52,084 nt of DNA from positions 1 to 52,084 of the forward strand of contig JAWBMQ010000007.1 of the NCBI GenBank assembly GCA_038828875.1, written 5' to 3'. The notes under the pieces were generated by a model. That model worked only from the letters and a program-made list of their open reading frames with translations. It was not told the DNA's origin and searched no databases. The translations under genes were made by a program, and so were the position numbers. Origin of the DNA: Candidatus Woesearchaeota archaeon. GTDB taxonomy: Archaea > Nanobdellota > Nanobdellia > Woesearchaeales > JAWBMQ01. Positions 39,231-47,524 of the stretch are shown here, in pieces; position 1 is the stretch's first letter; the number at the start of each line of letters is the position of its first letter.

Positions 39231-39853
39231 TTTTTTCCGTAATATTCTCTTATAGTTTCAATAACCGAATCCTCTAGATGTTGGTTTTTGTTAGAAATTC
39301 CAATTATGTATATATTTTTACCATCAGTTTTGTAGAAAATTCTTGCTCCGTTTCTACTTCTAGCATAAAAAACTCCTTTTGTTCCTTTTAACATTTTATC
39401 TCCTAATTCAGGAGAGTATTTTCCATTTATTGGTTGACTTTGAAGTCCGTAAAACTCTTTAGTTACTGTATCTAAAACATCTCTTCTAAAATTGTAATCT
39501 TCCATTAACTTTTGAGCGATTTTTCTTAAAGATTTTACTTCCATAGCATTGTAAATTGAACCATTGTTAGTTGAAACCCATTGATCTAATTCAGCAAGGT
39601 TATATTTTTTTACAATATCTTCTAAATTAAATTCTTCTTTGTATTTTGCTAACAAAATTAATAAAACAAAAGAAAGAGTGAAAAATATTAAAGACAAAGG
39701 ATTAAAAGATTGATCTAGATTTAGCATTACGAAATTTCCAGTTATTGATTCTATGCTATTTGCAACAGAAACCAAAAAACCAAGCACAAGAAAACCAATT
39801 ACCAAACTTTTCAAAAATAAAATTTTTTTCATATTAAAATATTGACTTTTCAA
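39227..39853 (-). CDS. Two-TM membrane protein with C-terminal RelE/ParE-like domain
   Basis: Two hydrophobic helices flanking SITGNFV; C-terminal LKGTKGVFYARSRNGARIFYK...IYIIGISNK. Start may be the ATG of MKKILF. Confidence 0.6.
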   Translation of the reverse strand: MKSQYFNMKKILFLKSLVIGFLVLGFLVSVANSIESITGNFVMLNLDQSFNPLSLIFFTLSFVLLILLAKYKEEFNLEDIVKKYNLAELDQWVSTNNGSIYNAMEVKSLRKIAQKLMEDYNFRRDVLDTVTKEFYGLQSQPINGKYSPELGDKMLKGTKGVFYARSRNGARIFYKTDGKNIYIIGISNKNQHLEDSVIETIREYYGKN

Positions 39854-39985
39854 TTTAAAAAACTTTTTGTTTTTATAAAAAAAACTATTTTTTAGTTAAA
39901 AGTGGATGATTTATTTGAATATATTGTAAAAGATTTGATAATCTTTTTAAACTAAGAAAGAAAAATTTGGAAAGAGGGGTTAAAA

Positions 39986-42601
39986 ATGGATTCTTATAAT
40001 TTACCTAAAAAAATTATTAAGCGTGATGGTTCTATTGTAGATTTTGATATTGAGAGAATTAAGTTAAGTATTACAAAGGCTATGCAAGCAGTGTCTAAAT
40101 ATGATGAAAAAAATTTAGATTTGGTTGTGAATGAAATATTGAAGATAATTGAAAATGTTTTTGATTCAAAAAAAGAACCTACTGTAGAAGAACTTCAAGA
40201 TATTATTGAATTGGTTTTAATGAAAAAAGGATTTTTTGAAGTTGCTAAGGCATATATTCTTTATAGAAATGAAAAAGCTAAACTTAGAGAAGAAAAGAGG
40301 AAGGTTTTAAATAAATCTACTGAATTAGATAATGTAGAAAAAAAATTTTCATTAAACGCTTTAAAGGTTTTGGCTAGCAGATATTTGATAAAAAACGCTG
40401 AGGGAAAAATCGTAGAAAGTTTGCATGAATTGTTCACGAGAGTTGCAATAACAGCTACTTTAGCAGAATTTCTTTATGATGAAAAGGTTTTTTCTAAAAA
40501 TAGCAATGTAGATAAAAATGAATTAGAAATAATTAAAACTTATTATCAAAATTACGAGCAATATGACAATTTTTTGAAATATGATCAATTTTCTCTTAAT
40601 AAATATCATTTTCAAAGATTAATGTATGCATTTAAAAGGCTTTATGAAAAAGGAAAAATTAAAATAACAGTGGATGAATTTTTTGATTTATTTAAAAATC
40701 ATTATTTTGACAAATATTCAGATTTTACAAAAAAATTAATTGAGTTGATGGAAAATCAAGATTTTATGCCAAACACGCCTGCGTTAGTTAATGCAGGAAG
40801 ACGTTTAGGAATGTTAAGTGCATGTTTTACTTTAGATATTGAAGATGATATTGAAAGTATAATGAAAACAGCAAGAGATGTTGCTTTAATTCAGAAAATG
40901 GGAGGAGGTACGGGAATAAATTTCTCAAAGCTAAGACCTAAAGATGATGTTGTTGCTTCTACAAGTGGTGTTGCTTCAGGACCAATTTCTTTTATAAAGA
41001 TGATTGATTCAGTTTCTGAAGTTATTAAACAAGGAGGAGTAAGAAGAGCTGCAAATATGGGAATTTTAGAAGTTTGGCATCCAGATATTGAAAGCTTCAT
41101 TAAAATGAAAGAAGTTGATGGAACTTTTGTAAATTTTAATATTTCAGTAGGTTTGAATGAGGATTTTTTCAAATCTTTAAAAGATGGAAAAACGTATTTT
41201 TTAATAAATCCTAGAAATAAGGCAATAGTTAAGGAAGAAAATCCTGAAACTATCTTAAATTTGATCTCATATTATGCATGGTTAATTGCAGATCCTGGTG
41301 TTTTATTTTTTGATAATATCAATAAGAGAAATGTTCTAAAAAAGGCAAGAAAAAGAGAAATTCGAGTAACTAATCCGTGTGGTGAAGAACCCTTGTATGA
41401 ATATGAATCTTGTAATTTAGCAAGCATAAACCTTTCTAATTTCGTAATTAATGGTAGTTTTGATTGGAAACGATTTAATCAAGTTACTAAAATTGTTGCT
41501 AGGGCTTTAGAAAATATGATAGAAGTTAACAATTATCCAATTCCTGAAATAGAAAAAGCTACTTTAGAGACTAGAAGGATTGGAGTAGGAATTATGGGAT
41601 TAGCTGATGCATTATATAAGCTTAAACTTAAATATAATTCTCAACAAGGATATGAATTTATGAAATTAATTAGTGAAAATTTAACATATTATTCTTTTGA
41701 GGAAAGTGTTGAATTGGCTAAAGAGAGAGAGCCCTTTGATTTATTTTATGATTCTGATTATGTAAATGGAGAATTACCGATAGAAGGATATTATCATAAA
41801 TCTGAATGGTCTCTTGATTGGGATAAATTGGTAGAAAAAATAAAAATTTACGGTATTAGAAATGCAATGGTTACTACTTGTCCACCGACTGGAAGTATAA
41901 GCATGATTGCAGATTGTAGCTCAGGAATTGAACCTAATTTTGCGTTGGTATTTAAAAAATCAGTGAGTGTTGGAGAATTTTATTATGTTAATCCTATATT
42001 GGAAAAAGAGCTTAGATTAAGAAATCTTTATAATGATGAAGTTTTGAAAAAGATTTCAGATAACAAAGGTTCTTTACAGGGTTTAAATTTGGATAAAGAG
42101 CTTGAAGAAATTTTTGTTACAGCTATGGATATTCATTGGTTCGATCATATTTATGCTCAAGCAATAATGCAGAGATGGATCACGGATAGTATTTCAAAAA
42201 CGATAAATATGAAAAATGAAGTTAAGGTAGATGATGTAAAAGCAGCTTATCTTTTTGCATATCTTTTAGGTTGTAAAGGAGTTACAGTTTATAGAGATGG
42301 TTCTAAGTATGGCCAAGTTTTGGTTACTGAAGGTAATAAACAGATGTTTGATTTAGAGATTTCAGAGCATGGAAAGAAAGTTATTAAAGAGTTGATCAAT
42401 CTAAACAAATGGATTGAAAAATACATTAACCTTGATGATTTGATTTCTCCAGCTAAAAATAAATCTTTAAATTTATATATTAATATTGCTAAGAATAGTA
42501 ATGAAGAAGAGCGTTGTCCTGTATGTAAAGGAAAGTTGATTACTGAAAGTGGCTGTGTAAAATGCATAGAATGCGGTTGGAGCAAATGTTTAACTAGTTA
42601 G
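39986..42601 (+). CDS. nrdJ: Adenosylcobalamin-dependent (class II) ribonucleotide reductase with ATP cone
   Basis: IIKRDG ATP cone, PNTP, LSACF, GGGTG, TNPCGEEPL, CNLASINL, PTGSIS, C-terminal Zn ribbon. Confidence 0.95.
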   Translation: MDSYNLPKKIIKRDGSIVDFDIERIKLSITKAMQAVSKYDEKNLDLVVNEILKIIENVFDSKKEPTVEELQDIIELVLMKKGFFEVAKAYILYRNEKAKLREEKRKVLNKSTELDNVEKKFSLNALKVLASRYLIKNAEGKIVESLHELFTRVAITATLAEFLYDEKVFSKNSNVDKNELEIIKTYYQNYEQYDNFLKYDQFSLNKYHFQRLMYAFKRLYEKGKIKITVDEFFDLFKNHYFDKYSDFTKKLIELMENQDFMPNTPALVNAGRRLGMLSACFTLDIEDDIESIMKTARDVALIQKMGGGTGINFSKLRPKDDVVASTSGVASGPISFIKMIDSVSEVIKQGGVRRAANMGILEVWHPDIESFIKMKEVDGTFVNFNISVGLNEDFFKSLKDGKTYFLINPRNKAIVKEENPETILNLISYYAWLIADPGVLFFDNINKRNVLKKARKREIRVTNPCGEEPLYEYESCNLASINLSNFVINGSFDWKRFNQVTKIVARALENMIEVNNYPIPEIEKATLETRRIGVGIMGLADALYKLKLKYNSQQGYEFMKLISENLTYYSFEESVELAKEREPFDLFYDSDYVNGELPIEGYYHKSEWSLDWDKLVEKIKIYGIRNAMVTTCPPTGSISMIADCSSGIEPNFALVFKKSVSVGEFYYVNPILEKELRLRNLYNDEVLKKISDNKGSLQGLNLDKELEEIFVTAMDIHWFDHIYAQAIMQRWITDSISKTINMKNEVKVDDVKAAYLFAYLLGCKGVTVYRDGSKYGQVLVTEGNKQMFDLEISEHGKKVIKELINLNKWIEKYINLDDLISPAKNKSLNLYINIAKNSNEEERCPVCKGKLITESGCVKCIECGWSKCLTS

Positions 42602-42609
42602 GTGAATAA

Positions 42610-43116
42610 ATGATTTTAATTTACACAGGAAACGGAAAAGGTAAAACGAGTGCAGCAATTGGAACTGCAATAAGATCTTTGGGGTATAATAGAAAAATTC
42701 TATTTGTTCAATTTTTCAAAGCTCAATTCTCAGGAGAGATTAATGTTCTTAAAGACCTTAATGTTGATCTTCTTAGAGATGGTACTTTAGAATTTGTAAA
42801 TAAGAAAAACTTAGAAGAAAACAAAGTTAAGGCTAGAAGACTTTTAGAAATTGTTCAAAACAAACATAATGAAAAAGAATACGATTTGATCGTGTTAGAT
42901 GAATTTACTTACTTAATAAATTTTGAAATTTTGAATTCTTCTGATGCTATCTCTTTCTTGAGAAAACTTATTTCAGTTAAAGATTGTGATATAATTATTA
43001 CAGGTAGAAATGCACATGATGAGCTAATTGAAATTGCAGATTTAGTAACAGAAATGAAAGAGATCAAACATCCTTTCAAAAAAGGAGTTCCAGCAAAAGA
43101 AGGCATAGATTTTTAG
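42610..43116 (+). CDS. cobO: Cob(I)alamin adenosyltransferase (CobA/CobO/BtuR type)
   Basis: YTGNGKGKTSAA, VQFFK, VLDE, ITGR, ADLVTEM, KHPF. Confidence 0.95.
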   Translation: MILIYTGNGKGKTSAAIGTAIRSLGYNRKILFVQFFKAQFSGEINVLKDLNVDLLRDGTLEFVNKKNLEENKVKARRLLEIVQNKHNEKEYDLIVLDEFTYLINFEILNSSDAISFLRKLISVKDCDIIITGRNAHDELIEIADLVTEMKEIKHPFKKGVPAKEGIDF

Positions 43117-43146
43117 ATTTCAAAATCAAAAAATTTAAATATTATA

Positions 43147-43159
43147 ACTACTAAGTAGT
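43147..43159. promoter_or_regulatory. Palindrome between TATA-like box and nuclease gene start
   Basis: ACTACT-A-AGTAGT, just after AAAATTTAAAT and 7 bp before ATG 43167. Confidence 0.35.
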
Positions 43160-43166
43160 AATTAAT

Positions 43167-43715
43167 ATGATCGAAGAAAAAATCTATCAAAAAGGTCCTG
43201 TAGAAAAACCATTAAATTTTGATTTAGAATCATTGATAAAGTCTTTTCCAGAGAATACTTCTTTAGAAAAAGTTAAACATGAAACAGATGTGATTCATAA
43301 TCATTGCATAAATCAGATTTATGATAGGTTGAACTGTGTTAAGAAAGGTATGGTATTTAAAAATTTAAATTATTATTTTGATAATGTAAATAATAAAGGA
43401 GAATTAGATTTTGCGTGGTATGATCCTGAAAAAAAGCGTGCATTAATCGTTGAAGTGAAAGGCAAAGAGAATGATAAAAAAAGAAGAAAAGCTAGAGAGC
43501 AGCTTTTGAAAGATTTAATTTACTTGATGCAAAATTATGAAATTGAAAGAGCATTGTTAGTTTCTGCGTATTATGATGAAATAAGAAATAAATATTACGT
43601 TAGAAGTGAATTTTTTTATAATAAAGGAATTATTCGAGATTTAGCTAGTGGAAATCGGTTTTTAATTGATGATAAATATTCTCCTGATTATGTTTACGAT
43701 AAATCACATTGGTGA
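43167..43715 (+). CDS. PD-(D/E)xK nuclease-fold protein
   Basis: GELD...IVEVKG...AREQLLKD. Confidence 0.75.
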   Translation: MIEEKIYQKGPVEKPLNFDLESLIKSFPENTSLEKVKHETDVIHNHCINQIYDRLNCVKKGMVFKNLNYYFDNVNNKGELDFAWYDPEKKRALIVEVKGKENDKKRRKAREQLLKDLIYLMQNYEIERALLVSAYYDEIRNKYYVRSEFFYNKGIIRDLASGNRFLIDDKYSPDYVYDKSHW

Positions 43716-44248
43716 TAACAACGAGAATAAATCAAAATATAGTAGATAAAATAATGAAAACAAAGGATGCAGAAGTAAGGCATAACCTTTTGATAGATGG
43801 TTTAAAAGAGAGATTAGAACATATTGCATTATCTCATAATTCTTTAGAAAAGATAATCTTTGGTTCAACAGAAGAGTTTATGCTTTCATCTATGAGAAAA
43901 GGTGAAGTTGATCTTTACTACGTTGATTTGGAAAAAAAATATGCAGTTGTTGTAGAAGTTAAATCTACTCAAAAAGAAAGTAAAGAAAATTATGCAAGAT
44001 TTCAGTTATTGAAAGATATTGAATATTTAAAAAAGAAATACGGAATTGAGGAAGTTTGGTGTTTTAGTGCTTTCGTTAATTATGATCGAAATTCAAAAGG
44101 TGTACTAGTACATCCCGAGGTTAAATTAGAATTCCATTCCAATAAAAATGGAATTTATGATTTTATGAAAAAAAATTATATTAATAAAAATTTTAAAAAT
44201 TTTGATGATTTTGATTACTCTCATTTTATGAATTATTGTAAAGCATAG
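43712..44248 (+). CDS. PD-(D/E)xK nuclease-fold protein, paralogue of upstream gene
   Basis: GEVD...VVEVKS...ARFQLLKD; GTGA start/stop overlap. Confidence 0.75.
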   Translation: MITTRINQNIVDKIMKTKDAEVRHNLLIDGLKERLEHIALSHNSLEKIIFGSTEEFMLSSMRKGEVDLYYVDLEKKYAVVVEVKSTQKESKENYARFQLLKDIEYLKKKYGIEEVWCFSAFVNYDRNSKGVLVHPEVKLEFHSNKNGIYDFMKKNYINKNFKNFDDFDYSHFMNYCKA

Positions 44249-44257
44249 GTGTTTATT

Positions 44258-44866
44258 ATGGAATTAGATAATTTAGAGGAAAAGCAAAGAATATTTGGAT
44301 TAATTGAACAACAGATGAATATTAGTGAATTGTACAGTAATTTAGAAAAAGTTAGTTCAAAATTAAAACAACAGTATGACATAGATCTGTTAAATATTAA
44401 TGATTTTTATCAAGACGAAGAAATTGATGAATATTTGAAAATTTCCACAATTTCAAAAGATATTGCATATTTAGATTATCTTTCTATGCATAAAGATAGA
44501 GATAAAGTTAAGGATCATTACGTTAATTGTTTGTATAAATCAGAAAATGGAATTAAGGATGTTCTTTATTATTTGAAAAAGTTGGAAGAAAATTATATCA
44601 AAAAACCAAATTTTATTTGGAATTTAAAGAATTATTTAGAAACTCTCGATTTGTTCTCAAAAACTAAAGAGATTTATTTTCAAACTGTAGGAGATTTTTA
44701 TGATGCTTTGAATATTTTTGTTAAAAAGAATTTAGCAAATAAATATAAATCTAAGGAAGAGTTATTGAATGATTTGGTTTATCTTTCTGAAATGAATAAA
44801 CTTTACATAACTTCAGAGAATATGCTAAAAACAAATACTTTTATGGTACTTTATTACTTTTTTTAA
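44258..44866 (+). CDS. Hypothetical helical protein
   Basis: ORF immediately after the nuclease pair; AGGTG RBS-like before ATG 44258. Confidence 0.7.
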   Translation: MELDNLEEKQRIFGLIEQQMNISELYSNLEKVSSKLKQQYDIDLLNINDFYQDEEIDEYLKISTISKDIAYLDYLSMHKDRDKVKDHYVNCLYKSENGIKDVLYYLKKLEENYIKKPNFIWNLKNYLETLDLFSKTKEIYFQTVGDFYDALNIFVKKNLANKYKSKEELLNDLVYLSEMNKLYITSENMLKTNTFMVLYYFF

Positions 44867-45456
44867 CCTTTGTGTTTATATCTTCCTCTAAGCTCAATCT
44901 TTTTTAGTTGTTCTAAAACTTTTTCATAATCTTTGTAATTTTTGTAACCTTCTAGAAAATAGTTAAATGCATTCTGAAGATTGAAATGCTTACTCTCTAA
45001 AGCTTCTTTGAATAAGTGTAAATCTACTGCTTTATCTTCAATTCTTTTAGAAATAAAACTTAAACCAAAATCTATTAAATAAATTTCATCATTTTTGAAA
45101 ATCATGTTAGATGTAGTTAAATCTTGATGAATTATGTCATTTTCATGTAAGATTGAAACTATTTGTCCAACTTTTTTAATAATTTCCTTGTAATTTTGTT
45201 CGTTTAGATAATCTCTTAATTTTATTCCTTCTATGTATTCCATTATTATAGTGTTTTTATTGTACTCTATAACCTTAGGAACTTTTATTTTATTTTCTAA
45301 CTTTTTTAAAATATTAACTTCTACTTTTGTTCTGTGTTTAATTAAGAAATCATCTAATTGTTTTACTCTGTAACTCTTCGAAATCCTTTCTTTTATTATT
45401 AATTTCTTTTCTTCATCTAATTTTATTATTGCTTCAGCGCCTTGAGAGATTATCAT
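44863..45456 (-). CDS. bud32: KEOPS kinase/ATPase Bud32
   Basis: QGAEA, KERISKSYR, HQDLTTSN, IDFGL, EDKAVDL, RGRY. Confidence 0.95.
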   Translation of the reverse strand: MIISQGAEAIIKLDEEKKLIIKERISKSYRVKQLDDFLIKHRTKVEVNILKKLENKIKVPKVIEYNKNTIIMEYIEGIKLRDYLNEQNYKEIIKKVGQIVSILHENDIIHQDLTTSNMIFKNDEIYLIDFGLSFISKRIEDKAVDLHLFKEALESKHFNLQNAFNYFLEGYKNYKDYEKVLEQLKKIELRGRYKHKG

Positions 45457-47270
45457 TTTGAAAACTCCTCTTGAATTAATTTTAACAACTCTTGAGGATT
45501 GTACTTTGTTTTGTATTCATTCATAATTAATGATGTGGTTTTTCCAAGGTTGAAGTTGTTCTTCTTACAATCTCTTATTTTTTCAATTATTTCTTGCTTT
45601 AGCTTTTCTGGATTTTGATTTAAAATTTGGCTGAACTTTTCTTGAATCTTTTCTTTATTATCTATGTATGATGTTATTTCATTTAGGAGCTGTGTAGGTA
45701 AGTTGTTATCAGAAATTGTTTTCAATGCATAGATTACGTTTTCTTTTATTTCTTCTAAATCTTTATCAATACTTAATAAGAACGTTGCTATAGTGGTTGG
45801 TTTTATTTTGAATTTGATTAATTCATCGAAATAAGAACAATCTGATGCTATTTGTTCTGCTACATCTTTGCTTAAACCAAGAGCTTCATATTCTTTAATT
45901 TTTTCGAAGATCGATTTTGGAATTTCTACAGGGAACGGTTTAATTACGGGAACATCTGTTTCAGGATACATTCTTTCAGAGCCGGGCATAGGTCGTAGGA
46001 AGGATGTTGTAAAATTTTCATTAACTTTTCTAACTTCCTTTGGAATTCCATCAAAAGCCAGCAAAACCCTTTGATAGATCATCTCAAATGCATTTTTGAG
46101 CTGTTCTTCTGTACCTGCAATCAATATGTAATTATCTAATTCAGAAATGTTTAGTTCTTTTTCTATTACTTCAAGATCTTCTTTGGTAAAACCATATTTA
46201 AGTTGAATCAATTCATCTCTATGAAACAATCCTTTTAAACCGAAAAGTTTAGCGATTCCTGCTAATTCAGTACCAAAACGTAAATCTGGCAACAATTCAA
46301 AACCAAAAACATTGATCATCTTTGGAAATTTCATTCCCTTTATCTTTTGATTTGAATTTATTGCAGATTGTAAGATTTTGTTTTTAGTTTTTACTAAAGC
46401 TTGAGTTAAATCTATTATCTCGAATTTGATTTCTTCTTTGCTTAGTGTTTTATTCAAATATTCTTTAAGTTCTAGAAGTCTTAGCTGTCTTATAACTTCA
46501 TATTTTGCGATAATGTGTAAGTTTTTCAAATCCTGAGCTCCTTTAATTTCTACTCTGTTGTTGTTTAATATTGAAATGTTTAAATCTTGTCTTATTGTTC
46601 CTAATCCTCTTTTTACATTCAAACTTCTCAACGTTAAACCTATTTTTTTAGCTACTTCTTTTAGATGTTCTGGATTCTTTATTTCTGGATTAGTAGCAAT
46701 TTCTATCAAAGGAATTCCTAATCGATTAAGATGATAAATTACTTCATTTTCCTTTTTTTCTATTATCTTACATGCATCTTCTTCCAAGCATATTGTAGCA
46801 ATTGTTACTCCATCAATGTTTCCATCGTAAGAAACAAGCATAGTTCTTTGAAAACCAGTAGTGTTGGAACCATCTACTACTATCTTTCTCATAACCTGAA
46901 TTTCATCTACAATTTTACAATTAAGCAATTTTGATGCTTGCAAAGTTATCTTTAATGCTTCTTGATTTATTTCATGAGGTGGCTCTTCATCTAGCTCAAC
47001 TAAACAAACTTCAGTAGATTTTCCTCTGTAGATAAAGGTTTTCTCTTTTTTTCTTTCGTATTGTGCTGCTAAATCGATTTCTCCTGTTTCACTTTGGGAA
47101 ATGTGCAATTTCCTTCTAACTTCAAAATCATAATCGTCACTGCTATTGCTTGGACAAGAGCAAAATAGCTTTTTTGTGTTCAGCTGTTGATGTATCTCCA
47201 ATCCTGCTTTAAAATTTAATTTTTCATAATCCAGATTTTCATAATTTTTTAGGTTGATTTGTGTTTTCAT
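45453..47270 (-). CDS. gatE: Glu-tRNA(Gln) amidotransferase subunit E
   Basis: GLEIHQQL, KLFC, DEEPP, DGSNTTGFQRT, RGLGTIRQD, RPMPGSERMYPETD. Confidence 0.96.
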   Translation of the reverse strand: MKTQINLKNYENLDYEKLNFKAGLEIHQQLNTKKLFCSCPSNSSDDYDFEVRRKLHISQSETGEIDLAAQYERKKEKTFIYRGKSTEVCLVELDEEPPHEINQEALKITLQASKLLNCKIVDEIQVMRKIVVDGSNTTGFQRTMLVSYDGNIDGVTIATICLEEDACKIIEKKENEVIYHLNRLGIPLIEIATNPEIKNPEHLKEVAKKIGLTLRSLNVKRGLGTIRQDLNISILNNNRVEIKGAQDLKNLHIIAKYEVIRQLRLLELKEYLNKTLSKEEIKFEIIDLTQALVKTKNKILQSAINSNQKIKGMKFPKMINVFGFELLPDLRFGTELAGIAKLFGLKGLFHRDELIQLKYGFTKEDLEVIEKELNISELDNYILIAGTEEQLKNAFEMIYQRVLLAFDGIPKEVRKVNENFTTSFLRPMPGSERMYPETDVPVIKPFPVEIPKSIFEKIKEYEALGLSKDVAEQIASDCSYFDELIKFKIKPTTIATFLLSIDKDLEEIKENVIYALKTISDNNLPTQLLNEITSYIDNKEKIQEKFSQILNQNPEKLKQEIIEKIRDCKKNNFNLGKTTSLIMNEYKTKYNPQELLKLIQEEFSK

Positions 47271-47524
47271 GATTTTTTTGTTGGTTTTTTCTTTTTAAAT
47301 TGTTTTTGATTTTTTAGATAATATTATGTTTATAGTTTAGTATAGTTTTTTCTATTTTAGTTGGTATCTTTTGGATATCTTTAAAACTTACTCCCTTGTA
47401 AGTTTATCAAAAGATTTAAATAAGTTTTTAATTTTCTATGTAAAACTCGTAAGGATAAGATTCAAAATTAAGGACTAATTAATTTTGTTTCTTATTCTTT
47501 TGAGTAAAAAAAGAGGTGGAAAAA

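Noticed and set aside
38865-39853. CARF + RelE as one Cami1-like operon
   Set aside because: The genes are convergent, both folds are unconfirmed and no type III CRISPR genes are present; reported separately instead.
40450-40740. Possible intein in NrdJ
   Set aside because: The insertion-like segment is short and lacks the N-terminal Cys/Ser and C-terminal His-Asn splicing motifs.
47325-47385. Short direct repeats (TATAGTTT twice; GG(A)TATCTTT twice) upstream of the surface protein
   Set aside because: Too short and AT-rich to exceed chance.
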